Source: Bacteroidota bacterium (GTDB taxonomy: Bacteria; Bacteroidota; Bacteroidia; NS11-12g; UBA9320). From it: a stretch of 64,000 nt of DNA. Under the pieces are notes generated by a model, which was not told the DNA's origin, made no database searches, and was given only the letters and a program-made list of their open reading frames with translations. The stretch lies in contig WGNA01000013.1 in assembly GCA_016124755.1 (NCBI GenBank), positions 15,806-79,805 on the forward strand, read 5' to 3'. Numbering within the stretch: the stretch's first letter is position 1; each line of letters starts with the position of its first letter. The position numbers were made by a program, and so were the translations under genes. Shown here piece by piece: positions 37,480 through 46,585 of this stretch.

Positions 37480-37920
37480 TTGGCTTCAATGAAAAAATTA
37501 CAAACAGAAATCGCGATAAATGCACCGGCAGAAACGGTGTGGTCTGTACTAACGGATTTTGAAAAGTTTGGTGAATGGAATCCTTTTATTAAATCGATAA
37601 CAGGAGATAAATTTACCGGTGGCAAACTGACGGCTACTTTGCAACCAGCCGGAAGTAATGGAATGAAGTTCAAACCTGCTATTCTTCGATATGAAGAAAA
37701 TCGTGAGCTGCGATGGAAGGGTAATTTATTGGTTGGCGGAATCTTCGACGGAGAACATTTTTTTATTTTAGAAAAAGTAAGTGATTCATCCACCCGCTTT
37801 ATCCATGGAGAAATCTTCACCGGCATTCTGGTTCCGTTTGTAGGCGCCATGCTCACGAAAACCAAACAGGGTTTTGAGATGATGAATGAAGCGCTGAAAT
37901 TACGTTGCGAAAAAAGTTGA
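37480..37920 (+). CDS. SRPBCC domain protein
   Basis: TEIAINAPAETVWSVLTDFEKFGEWNPFI is a classic SRPBCC N-terminal strand-helix motif. Confidence 0.8.
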   Translation: MASMKKLQTEIAINAPAETVWSVLTDFEKFGEWNPFIKSITGDKFTGGKLTATLQPAGSNGMKFKPAILRYEENRELRWKGNLLVGGIFDGEHFFILEKVSDSSTRFIHGEIFTGILVPFVGAMLTKTKQGFEMMNEALKLRCEKS

Positions 37921-37940
37921 GCCCAAAATCTCATCGGCTT

Positions 37941-38330
37941 CGGAATAATTGCGAGACTTTGCGGACATAAATTGCTTTAGTTTATTTCACACAACGTCAC
38001 TACGTTATTCCCCCAAACAAATTATCTCTAAACGGCAACTCTGCTTTTCAAGGCAAATAATGCAAAGGACTCCAAGAACTCTGAAATTAACCGCAGATTA
38101 ACGCAAAGTTGTTCGCAATGGAACGCAATTGAATTGTCCTCAATTTACTGGGTTACTCTGCTCAAAACATAACGTGACTTTGCGGTTTAAAATGGTTCAG
38201 CACTTTTAATACAACGGCACTACGTTGTCCTGTCAATCAAATTACTGTTAAGAGGAAACTCTGCGCCTCAAAGCAAATAATGCGGAGAACACAACGATTC
38301 ATTATTTCTAAAATATTTTAATAACCATTA
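37941..38330. repeat. 221-bp-period duplicated intergenic element
   Basis: gactttgcgg occurs at 37955 and 38176. About 130 bp after each marker align by eye (..acaacg(t/g)cactacgtt..aaattat/ct..aactctgc..caa(g/a)gcaaataatgc..). Confidence 0.75.
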
Positions 38331-38376
38331 CTCTGCGTCTCTGCGTGAAGTGATTCAGCTCATATGAATAAATCAC

Positions 38377-38483
38377 AATTCCCCATTACCCCAATTTATG
38401 CTGACAATGCAGAACCTTATTTCCTGCTGTTAAACTTCACTTATTAAGGCATTCGTCAGTAATTCCCCATTTCCCCAATTAAT
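38377..38483 (+). promoter_or_regulatory. two copies of a 23-bp motif AATTCCCCATTNCCCCAATTWAT upstream of the 38494 gene
   Basis: Copies at 38377-38399 and 38461-38483. The second abuts the start region of the downstream SRPBCC-like gene. Any function is inferred. Confidence 0.3.
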
Positions 38484-38493
38484 TTTGCACCGC

Positions 38494-39003
38494 ATGGAAA
38501 CCCAATTCAAAGTTTCAGTTACAACCATTTACGAATGCTCACTTGAAAGAGCATTTAAAACACCGATGTTGTGTGATGTCTCGAAAGTGCACACCGGATT
38601 CGGAATTATGCCTGCAATCACCCATTCAACCAACGACGAAAACTGGGGTAAGCCCGGATCATCAAAGAAAGTGTACGCAGCCAAATCCTTAACACAAAAG
38701 GGTGGATTTGCCTCCGTTGACAACGTGATCGAACGGATCGAAAATCAGTATTGGAAAATTGAAGTGAATCAGTTTCAGGCGTGGATGCTTGGGTTTTACA
38801 AGTTTATCGGAGAATGGGAAACTACGGAAATCAATCCGGATAAAATTCGGATCGATTACACGTACACCCTGTATTCCAAGGCCCCGCTGCTATATCCCCT
38901 TAACTGGATTTTTGCCAAAACGTTTTGGAAAACGTACATGAAAAGAGTGTTGGAAAACATTCGCAATATGGCAAAAAACAAAGAACCTTATTTGTATGAA
39001 TAA
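38494..39003 (+). CDS. hypothetical protein (possibly SRPBCC-like)
   Basis: ORF track; ATG at 38494 is preferred over TTG at 38485. The size and pattern are compatible with a START-like fold but this is not diagnostic. Confidence 0.45.
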   Translation: METQFKVSVTTIYECSLERAFKTPMLCDVSKVHTGFGIMPAITHSTNDENWGKPGSSKKVYAAKSLTQKGGFASVDNVIERIENQYWKIEVNQFQAWMLGFYKFIGEWETTEINPDKIRIDYTYTLYSKAPLLYPLNWIFAKTFWKTYMKRVLENIRNMAKNKEPYLYE

Positions 39004-39050
39004 ATTCGATTCATAGGTGCGAGAAAATTGTTTTTAATCGTTACCCGATC

Positions 39051-39905
39051 ATGCAAAAATGGGTTTATATATTTCTTTTAGTAAGTATAAGTTGTAAGTC
39101 GAATCACGAAGATTATTTCAAAAGAATTTCGGCAAATGACGAAAAATTAGAGGAGCCTAAACCTGGCGAATGGTTGCATGAACACAAAGAAAAAGGTCAA
39201 ACCTTCCAGAGATTTGTTCGATCAAATCCGACCAAACCTACCGCACTAAAGAACACTATTTCAATACAACCAATTGGCCTCTTCGACAACCATCAGAACC
39301 GACAATTAGAAAAGATGCGCCAATATCTGGAAGCTTTTTTTCAATTACCGGTTGAGATTTTACCAGCAATATCCAACCAGATAATTCCGGGAACCAAATG
39401 GCGTATCGGAAGCGAAAATCAGCATCAGATTCTGGCTCCCTATATTCTGGATTCCGTTTTAATAAAAAGAAAATCAGATAAAATGGTGGCGTTGATGGCA
39501 ATCAGTCAGCTTGACTTGTATCCGAAACCCGAATGGAACTTTGTTTTCGGACTATCTTCCTTAAAAAATAATGTGGGAGTAACTTCCATTCACCGGTTCA
39601 GAACCCGAAATCAAACCGGAACAGATACACTCCTTTTTCTGAGAAGACTATTAAAAGTTTCATCGCACGAAATCGGTCATATGTTCGGTTTGAAACACTG
39701 CATCGAAGCGCGATGTGTAATGAATGGCAGTAACAGTCTGGATGAAACGGATCGCGGCACATTGAGACTGTGTTCGCATTGCCAGCGCAAAATACAGTTC
39801 AGCATTCAGTTCGACCCGGAAGATCGAACAAAAACACTCCTGAATTTTTTGAATTCCATTGGATTTAAAGCCGATTATAAAATTCTCCATACGGATTTGA
39901 ATTAA
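39051..39905 (+). CDS. archaemetzincin-like zinc metalloprotease (peptidase M54)
   Basis: HEIGHMFGLKHCIEARCVMNGSNSLDETDRGTLRLCSHCQRK matches the archaemetzincin signature HExxHxxGxxHCxxxxCxM...CxxC. Confidence 0.8.
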   Translation: MQKWVYIFLLVSISCKSNHEDYFKRISANDEKLEEPKPGEWLHEHKEKGQTFQRFVRSNPTKPTALKNTISIQPIGLFDNHQNRQLEKMRQYLEAFFQLPVEILPAISNQIIPGTKWRIGSENQHQILAPYILDSVLIKRKSDKMVALMAISQLDLYPKPEWNFVFGLSSLKNNVGVTSIHRFRTRNQTGTDTLLFLRRLLKVSSHEIGHMFGLKHCIEARCVMNGSNSLDETDRGTLRLCSHCQRKIQFSIQFDPEDRTKTLLNFLNSIGFKADYKILHTDLN

Positions 39906-39951
39906 GATCGGCTATACATATATATCTTCACACACTTTTAACCTCGATCCA

Positions 39952-40545
39952 ATGAAATTACACTTCTCAAAAATTGCATTAATCGCTTTGCCGATTCTGG
40001 CTTTAGTTTTCTTCTCTTTCGATTTGCCAAGCGGTTGGTTTAAGGCCGGTGCAAATCCGGAAATGTTCGACATGGGTGTTGACCGCGGAGCCGGAAGAAA
40101 CAATGGAAACGCGGGTACCATAAAAAGTATCAAGAAAAGCAAAGATGCCTGGGGAACGCTGATGTCGACTTGTTTGCCCGGCAAATATTCAGCTAAACGC
40201 GTTCGCATGTCGGGTTACATTAAAGCCGCAGATGTTAAGGGTTGGGCGGGATTATGGCTGCGTGTAGACAGCGAAGGAGGCAAGACACTGAGCTTCGACA
40301 ATATGCATGATGGAAAAACCGATCGCTCCATCAGCGGAACCTCCGAATGGACAAAATATGAAGTAGTTCTCGATGTACCGAAAGAAGCGGCCAAACTCGC
40401 CTATGGTGTTTTATTAAGCGGCACCGGACAAATCTGGTTCGACGACATAAAATTCGAAATTGTTGAAAAAACAGTTTCAACAACCGGTAAAGAGCAAACG
40501 GATAACACACCTAAAGAACCGGTGAATCTGGACTTTGAGAAATAG
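39952..40545 (+). CDS. hypothetical secreted protein
   Basis: ORF track. Signal peptide IALIALPILALVFFS. The C-terminal part looks like a beta-sandwich (GWAGLWLRVDSEGG...IWFDDIKFEIV). Confidence 0.5.
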   Translation: MKLHFSKIALIALPILALVFFSFDLPSGWFKAGANPEMFDMGVDRGAGRNNGNAGTIKSIKKSKDAWGTLMSTCLPGKYSAKRVRMSGYIKAADVKGWAGLWLRVDSEGGKTLSFDNMHDGKTDRSISGTSEWTKYEVVLDVPKEAAKLAYGVLLSGTGQIWFDDIKFEIVEKTVSTTGKEQTDNTPKEPVNLDFEK

Positions 40546-40725
40546 GACTTTTTGTTCTAAATAATCAATTGAAGTTCGAGTTGTTTGTGGATGAGCGTGA
40601 ATTTCAAATACGAACAATTCGGTTATTCAGGTGAAATCCAATTTGAAAAGTTTAGGATAGTAAATTATCCTTTGTACTAGTTTAATGAAAGCGAGTATGT
40701 TTCGAATTTTTCATGATTAAATTTA

Positions 40726-41070
40726 AATGCTTCTCCGTTTAGATACACCAAGCTTGCAAATCAATTGGGGATCGAAAAACAATCTCTTTTCTCACTTTTT
40801 TCTTGATAAAAAAGTAAGCAAAAAATCAAGTCGGAAAGAAAGCTGCCCAAGCGCCCTTTATCATTTGTTGAAAATCTTGGGAAAGAAGTGTCAAGCACTT
40901 TCCCGATTTTCTACCAAATGACAAATTCCCGCCGGGGCTATCCCGCCTTTCCGACAGCCCACCCACGCGATCCTATTCTTGTTTTAGGATCCGCTTCGCA
41001 CGATTCATTTTGTAATTTTAATACAAACCACAAGTTGGTGTAAATGTGCGGAGAAACATTTAAATTGAAT
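40726..41070 (-). mobile_element. MITE-like nonautonomous element, copy 2 (best-preserved terminal inverted repeats)
   Basis: The left end atttaaatgcttctccgtttagatacaccaagcttg and the reverse complement of the right end, atttaaatgtttctccgcacatttacaccaacttg, are about 80% identical. The interior is the reverse complement of copy 3. Confidence 0.75.
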
Positions 41071-41105
41071 AAAGTTGTTTAACTTTCTTTATTAAATCAC
41101 GTTAA

Positions 41106-41786
41106 ATGAATCACTTCAATTGTTTAATGATCTTGTATATAACGAATAAGCCATGGTATTGGAAAGATGTCATTAATAAAATAAATCTTGAAGTAATTAT
41201 ACTAATGTTGGTATACCTTGGACATACTAATCCCGCATCGGCCAATCCTGTATCTCAACGCTCGACCACATACTCTACAGCTGCTTTGCAGTTCCGGGTA
41301 TTTCAAAACGGGCAACTCGCCCTCATTACACATGAGTTTTCATTTCGCGCAAGTCGTGTTTTACATAATGCCTGGAATGTAGGTTTGGGTATAAATTTTC
41401 ATAGTACAAACCCGTCCAACAACTTACGAGAAAATATCCACGGTGTTGGTCCGGGTTTATCAATCGGCTATCGAGACTATCGAATGTTTCGATTATTTTT
41501 TGTTGGTATTAAAACAGAAGTCTGGCAAATTCATTTTCAAAATCAGGGAAAAACCAATTCAACATTATATAATGGGAAAAACCTGTTTGTCCAACCGATA
41601 ATTGAAGTTGGCTATCTGTTTGATCTGAAACGATACTGGACATTATCCGCAGCCCTGCTTAATTCCTATAAGTTTAATCTTGTTCAAAAAGGAATTGCTC
41701 CAACCAAAGGCTGGATACCATTCGTACAATTAGAATTAGCATACATAATCAAATACCCGCGTATTCACGCCAATCTGAATTTTTAA
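41106..41786 (+). CDS. hypothetical OMP-like protein
   Basis: ORF track, start uncertain. Alternating beta-type pattern; ends ...VQLELAYIIKYPRIHANLNF with a terminal Phe. Confidence 0.45.
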   Translation: MNHFNCLMILYITNKPWYWKDVINKINLEVIILMLVYLGHTNPASANPVSQRSTTYSTAALQFRVFQNGQLALITHEFSFRASRVLHNAWNVGLGINFHSTNPSNNLRENIHGVGPGLSIGYRDYRMFRLFFVGIKTEVWQIHFQNQGKTNSTLYNGKNLFVQPIIEVGYLFDLKRYWTLSAALLNSYKFNLVQKGIAPTKGWIPFVQLELAYIIKYPRIHANLNF

Positions 41787-41880
41787 CCCGGCTAATGCTT
41801 TTATGCCTTTGTAAACATTTCAAAAATTCTCTTGCGTAGTCAAATGACTTCGTTTTTATTTGTAGCCACATAGCTACACA

Positions 41881-42204
41881 ATGAACTTGCGAAGAGACGT
41901 ATTTCAGGCCATTGCCGACCCAACACGAAGAGCGATTCTCACGCTTGTGGCGACACAATCCATGACAGCCGGTGCCATCGCTTCAAACTTTGACTCCGCT
42001 CGTCCAACAATATCCAAACACCTCCAGATTCTCACGGAATGTGAACTTCTCGAACAGGAACAAAACGGACGGGAGATGTACTACCACTTTAATGCGGCTA
42101 AATTCAAAGAGATAGCGGACTTCATTGAACCGTTCCGCCAACACTGGGATACGAAATTTAACAAGCTTGAAGTGGTGATGAAAAATTATCAGAAGAAAAA
42201 ATAA
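41881..42204 (+). CDS. ArsR/SmtB family transcriptional regulator
   Basis: [17 protein letters not shown] ... [14 protein letters not shown] is the typical winged-HTH ArsR pattern. Confidence 0.85.
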   Translation: MNLRRDVFQAIADPTRRAILTLVATQSMTAGAIASNFDSARPTISKHLQILTECELLEQEQNGREMYYHFNAAKFKEIADFIEPFRQHWDTKFNKLEVVMKNYQKKK

Positions 42205-42205
42205 C

Positions 42206-42673
42206 ATGGAAAGAAAAACAGCAGTACAAGCCGAAGACAACCGGCAGGAAATTCACATCACACGGGAATTTGATCTGCCCGTTGATCTCGTTTTTAAAGC
42301 CTATACAACACCGGAATTATTAGAACAATGGATGGGTACCAAGGTAATAAAGCTGGAAAATTTTCCTCACGGCAGTTATCGCTTTGTAACGACAGATCCA
42401 ATGGGAAACGATCACGGATTTAACGGAACCATTCACGAATTTGAAATGAACCAAAAGATCACCCGAACTTTTGAAATGGAGAATACACCGTTTACCGTTC
42501 AGCTCGAATTTCTGGAATTTAAACCGCTGTCAGATCAAACCAGCAAACTCTCAATTCACAGCATATTCCGATCTGTAGAAATGCGGGATCAATTATTAAA
42601 AATGCCGTTCAAACAAGGAATTAACATGGCGCATAACCGATTACAATCAACCTTAGAATCCTTAAAAAAATGA
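42206..42673 (+). CDS. SRPBCC (AHSA1/Aha1-like) domain protein
   Basis: ITREFDLPVDLVFKAYTTPELLEQWMG. Sits in the common ArsR-AHSA1 gene pairing, 1 nt after the ArsR stop. Confidence 0.8.
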   Translation: MERKTAVQAEDNRQEIHITREFDLPVDLVFKAYTTPELLEQWMGTKVIKLENFPHGSYRFVTTDPMGNDHGFNGTIHEFEMNQKITRTFEMENTPFTVQLEFLEFKPLSDQTSKLSIHSIFRSVEMRDQLLKMPFKQGINMAHNRLQSTLESLKK

Positions 42674-43056
42674 AAAAACGAGATAAAATTATTTACTGGA
42701 TTGCCACTTGTTGGCTGGCATTGGGAATGGTTTCCACCGGTTTAGTTCAACTACTAAAAGTTGAGGAAGAAGTGCAGAACATGACTGTTCATCTGGGATA
42801 TCCGATGTACTTTATGACCATTCTCGGTACCTGGAAATTGCTCGGTTCCATCGCGGTCTTAATTCCTCGATTTCCTCAGCTAAAAGAGTGGGCCTATGCA
42901 GGATTTTTCTTTGCTATGACCGGAGCAATAATTTCCCGGATTGCTGTTGGTGATGCATTTACAGCAATGCTCCCAGCACTATTTCTGTTAACATTAACCG
43001 TTGTTTCGTGGTATATGAGACCGGAAAGCAGACGACTCATTCGTTCCAATAACTAA
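42670..43056 (+). CDS. DoxX-like membrane protein
   Basis: Four TM helices in 128 aa, with a DoxX-like pattern (WKLLGSIAVLIP..EWAYAGFFF). ATGA overlap with the upstream gene. Confidence 0.7.
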   Translation: MKKRDKIIYWIATCWLALGMVSTGLVQLLKVEEEVQNMTVHLGYPMYFMTILGTWKLLGSIAVLIPRFPQLKEWAYAGFFFAMTGAIISRIAVGDAFTAMLPALFLLTLTVVSWYMRPESRRLIRSNN

Positions 43057-43065
43057 ATTCACGGC

Positions 43066-43644
43066 ATGAATCCGAAAACAGATTTCTTTTTTGAAAAAGG
43101 CGGACAATGGAAAGAGGCTTATGAAAAACTCCGAATAATTGCCTTGGACTGCAATTTAAAAGAAGAATTAAAATGGGGTTGTCCGTGTTACACCATCGAT
43201 AAAAAAAATGTAGTGCTCATTCACGGGTTTAAGGAATACTGCGCTTATCTGTTCTTTAAAGGTGCCTTATTAGACGATCCGGAAAACATATTAATTCAGC
43301 AAACGGAAAATGTGCAGTCTCCTCGGCAGGTTCGGTTTAAAAGTGCCGAAGAAATTGTTGAATTGGAACCTGTTTTAAAAGATTATATCCGGCGTGCGAT
43401 TTCAAATGAAAAAGCCGGTTTAAAAGTCGAGTTAAAAGAAACAAAAGAGTTTCCGATGCCCGAAGAATTCCAGTTGGTTATAAATGAAAACCCGGACATT
43501 AAAGCCGCATTTGAATCATTAACTCCCGGACGTCAGCGCGGTTATTTACTGTACTTTTCTCAACCAAAACAAGCTAAAACACGGGAATCCAGAATTGAAA
43601 AGTCGGTTCCTCAGATCATGAATGGTAAGGGATTAAATGATTAG
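43066..43644 (+). CDS. YdeI/OmpD-associated (DUF1801-type) family protein
   Basis: EELKWGCPCYT...FKEYCAYLFFKG and the C-terminal FESLTPGRQRGYLLYFSQPKQAKTRESRIEK. Confidence 0.8.
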   Translation: MNPKTDFFFEKGGQWKEAYEKLRIIALDCNLKEELKWGCPCYTIDKKNVVLIHGFKEYCAYLFFKGALLDDPENILIQQTENVQSPRQVRFKSAEEIVELEPVLKDYIRRAISNEKAGLKVELKETKEFPMPEEFQLVINENPDIKAAFESLTPGRQRGYLLYFSQPKQAKTRESRIEKSVPQIMNGKGLND

Positions 43645-43698
43645 AAGCCATCTCAATAAAAGGGTTAAGTTTTACGGTGGGTTAAGTACTTTTTTTTA

Positions 43699-44334
43699 AT
43701 GCTGAATATGGAACAAAATCCGGGAGTTGATTTGTATTTGCAACAAGGTTGTATGCGCTGTCCGTTTGGAGGAACGCTTCAATGTAAAGTGCACAACTGG
43801 CCGGAAGAATTAAATCTGTTGCGAAGCATTCTGCTGGAAAGCGCACTCACCGAAGAGATTAAATGGGGAGTTCCTTGTTACACATTTGACAACAAAAACA
43901 TCCTTATTCTCAGTGCCTTTAAAGAGTATTGTTCGCTCAGTTTTTTCAAAGGTGTTTTGTTACATGATCCGGAAAATTTGCTCGATAAACCCGGGGAAAA
44001 CACACAATCAGCCCGATTGATAAAATTCACGAGCACCGATCAGATTGTGAAATCGCAAACTCAAATCGAGCAATTTATCCAGGAAGCGATTGACAACGAA
44101 ATTTCAGGGAAACAGGTTGAATTTCCGCAGAAACACAATCTGGAATATCCTGATGAATTTGTCAGGAAGTTAGAAGAAGATCCGTTTTTAAAAGCAGCAT
44201 TTGAATCGTTAACTCCGGGGAGAAAGAGAGGCTATATTCTGCACTTCTCCCAACCCAAGCAATCGAAAACCCGTGAGTCCCGGATTGAAAAATGTGTAGA
44301 GAAAATACTGTCGGGCAAAGGATTTTTTAATTGA
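43699..44334 (+). CDS. YdeI/OmpD-associated family protein (tandem paralog)
   Basis: Same motifs as the upstream gene (EEIKWGVPCYT, FESLTPGRKRGYILHFSQPKQSKTRESRIEK). The start could instead be the Met at 43708. Confidence 0.8.
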   Translation: MLNMEQNPGVDLYLQQGCMRCPFGGTLQCKVHNWPEELNLLRSILLESALTEEIKWGVPCYTFDNKNILILSAFKEYCSLSFFKGVLLHDPENLLDKPGENTQSARLIKFTSTDQIVKSQTQIEQFIQEAIDNEISGKQVEFPQKHNLEYPDEFVRKLEEDPFLKAAFESLTPGRKRGYILHFSQPKQSKTRESRIEKCVEKILSGKGFFN

Positions 44335-44435
44335 AATGGGTGAAGCTAATGTACGTTTGAGAACGTATATCCGGCGGTTCGTTAAATTTTACTTTGTGCG
44401 GTTTTGGTAAGAAATGGTGTTGACTATCTTTATCT

Positions 44436-44475
44436 CGCGGGCGCACGGGTAGAAGGGCTTAAGCCCTTTCTCACG
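44436..44475 (+). repeat. GC-rich palindromic hairpin element, copy A
   Basis: gcgcacgggt-AGAAGGGCTTAAGCCCTTTCT. The arms GAAGGGC/GCCCTT(T)C form a 9-10-bp stem. Confidence 0.8.
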
Positions 44476-44680
44476 GCAATCAGAAAAAGACAGAACTCCG
44501 CAAAATTTCACCATACTTTAGTCCACCCCAAATCCTTTCTGCGATTCCTTTTTACGATTCAGATCGAGCTGTCTTAACGGACAACAATGTTTCCATAGCG
44601 CATAGTAAATTACATGGTACGGTTGGTTCTAAATGACACGGTTGCGTGAAATCAATTAAAATACGGTTGTAACTTCAACA

Positions 44681-44720
44681 CGCAGGCGCACGCGTAGAAG
44701 GGCTTAAGCCCTTTCTCATT
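44681..44720 (+). repeat. GC-rich palindromic hairpin element, copy B
   Basis: gcgcacgcgt-AGAAGGGCTTAAGCCCTTTCT, 245 bp downstream of copy A in the same intergenic region upstream of trkH. Confidence 0.8.
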
Positions 44721-44827
44721 TTCAACGCGCTTCCATCTCCCCTCACCCTTTCCTTCAATACCTCAATCAAACATCCAATCAAAATAGTTGTTTCCTAAAT
44801 TCTCATCTATTTACGAGGTTTGCAGGC

Positions 44828-46573
44828 TTGAAATTAAATCTGAAAACGCTGTACAAAATTGCACTGGTCATTAGTGTGTTGGGTATCTCCGTTTTCATTT
44901 ACGATTTTGGCTTCACCCAGAGCGATCTCGTCCAACAGATAATTGACGGCTTCTACTTTCTGGTTCTTGGAGTTGGCATACTCTCCACAATCGCCCGGTA
45001 TTTCGAAAATCCAAATCTTTTCCGGCGCAAAGTTTTCTTGTTTGATCTGGCATCTGTTCTGTTCACGCTCTACATTTATTTCATGTACCTTTTTGTGGGA
45101 CAACCGTTCAAGACCGACCGGATATTAGAAAATCCTGTGTGGGTGGTTGCAGCGGTTATACTCACCTTTATCCGTGAATTTTCGACCGTTACCTTAAACT
45201 ACAAACGAACGGTTCTCAATCCGGCACAGGTTTTTGTTTTCAGTTTTCTGCTAATCATTTTTTCGGGAGCACTCTTTTTACTATTACCGAATGCCACATA
45301 CGAAGGCCTTAGTTTTATCGACGCACTTTTCACTTCCACGAGCGCGGTATGTGTTACCGGATTAATTGTGGTTGACACCGGAACGTATTTCACAGAATTC
45401 GGTCAGACCATTATTCTGGCGTTAATACAAATCGGTGGATTGGGCATTTTAACTTTTGCCAGCTACTTTAGCTATTTTTTCAGAGGCGGATCAACCTACG
45501 AAAATCAGTTGGCGTTGAGCGACATGACCAACTCCAAAAAGCTGAGTGAAGTATTTACTACTTTAAAATACATCATCTTAACAACCTTCGGAATTGAAAA
45601 CTTTTCCGCGATTCTGATTTTCATTTCTCTGGATCCGGAGATGTTCACTTCGGTGTATGATCAGATAACTTTTTCTGTTTTTCACTCGGTTTCTGCATTC
45701 TGTAATGCCGGATTTTCAACCCTTCAAAACAGTGTATATGAAACAGGTTTCCGGTTCAATTACATGCTGCAACTCACGTTAATTTTCACATTTGTGATGG
45801 GCGGCCTCGGATTTCCAATTGTATTAAACATCGTTAATTACACTAAATATAAATTCAAAAAACTCCTGACCGGAAGCCGTAAAATGGCACACAAACCTTG
45901 GGTTCTGAACCTGAATAGTCGAATCACCCTTTTCACAACTGTAACCATTTCTTTAGTTGCCTTTATCGTATTTTTCATATTGGAATACGACAACACACTT
46001 GCCGAACACAACACTTTCGGAAAGGTTGTAACTGCATTATTCGGAGCTACCACACCCAGAACCGCCGGTTTTAATTCGATAAATACTGCAGAAATGTTAT
46101 TCCCAACCACCTTAATGGTTTTTCTTTTAATGTGGATCGGTGCATCGCCAATGTCGACCGGAGGCGGAATAAAAACAAGCACTTTCGCCATTGCCACAAT
46201 GAACATTTTAAGTCTGGCAAAAGGGAAAACCCGTATTGAAGTTTTCCGTCGGGAAATTGCAGATATTTCGGTTCGAAGAGCATTCGCCACCATATCCCTC
46301 TCCTTAATTGTAATCGGATTTGGTGTAATGATGATTGCCATTTTCGACAGTAATCTCGACCTGATGGATATTGCTTTCGAATGCTTCTCGGCATACAGCA
46401 CCGTAGGGTTAAGTCTGGGAATAACGTCCCTTCTTTCAGACCCGAGCAAAATCATGCTGATCGGAATTATGTTCGTTGGACGGGTTAGTATGCTCACCAT
46501 CGTAATTGCTTTTTTCAAAAAGGTGAAACACAAAAATTATCAATATCCCACAGAGGAAATCACTATTAATTAA
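44828..46573 (+). CDS. trkH: TrkH/KtrB family potassium transporter
   Basis: Multi-TM protein with repeated selectivity-filter-like loops (SAVCVTGL, FCNAGFS, TAGFNS, MSTGGGIKT, YSTVGLSLG). TTG start as in the track. Confidence 0.9.
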   Translation: MKLNLKTLYKIALVISVLGISVFIYDFGFTQSDLVQQIIDGFYFLVLGVGILSTIARYFENPNLFRRKVFLFDLASVLFTLYIYFMYLFVGQPFKTDRILENPVWVVAAVILTFIREFSTVTLNYKRTVLNPAQVFVFSFLLIIFSGALFLLLPNATYEGLSFIDALFTSTSAVCVTGLIVVDTGTYFTEFGQTIILALIQIGGLGILTFASYFSYFFRGGSTYENQLALSDMTNSKKLSEVFTTLKYIILTTFGIENFSAILIFISLDPEMFTSVYDQITFSVFHSVSAFCNAGFSTLQNSVYETGFRFNYMLQLTLIFTFVMGGLGFPIVLNIVNYTKYKFKKLLTGSRKMAHKPWVLNLNSRITLFTTVTISLVAFIVFFILEYDNTLAEHNTFGKVVTALFGATTPRTAGFNSINTAEMLFPTTLMVFLLMWIGASPMSTGGGIKTSTFAIATMNILSLAKGKTRIEVFRREIADISVRRAFATISLSLIVIGFGVMMIAIFDSNLDLMDIAFECFSAYSTVGLSLGITSLLSDPSKIMLIGIMFVGRVSMLTIVIAFFKKVKHKNYQYPTEEITIN

Positions 46574-46585
46574 TTTAATAAATTG

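Noticed and set aside
37461-37934. 157-aa minus-strand ORF
   Set aside because: It is fully antisense to the well-supported SRPBCC gene at 37480-37920 and has no recognisable motifs, so it is a shadow ORF.
44335-44827. c-di-AMP (ydaO-type) riboswitch upstream of the potassium transporter genes
   Set aside because: I could not find the conserved ACGGGGA/CCCA-type blocks or a pseudo-two-fold architecture. The region is instead explained by two palindromic repeat hairpins.
45838-46533. 231-aa and 107-aa minus-strand ORFs inside trkH
   Set aside because: They are antisense to a confidently identified TrkH gene, and their composition mirrors the membrane-protein codons. They are shadow ORFs.
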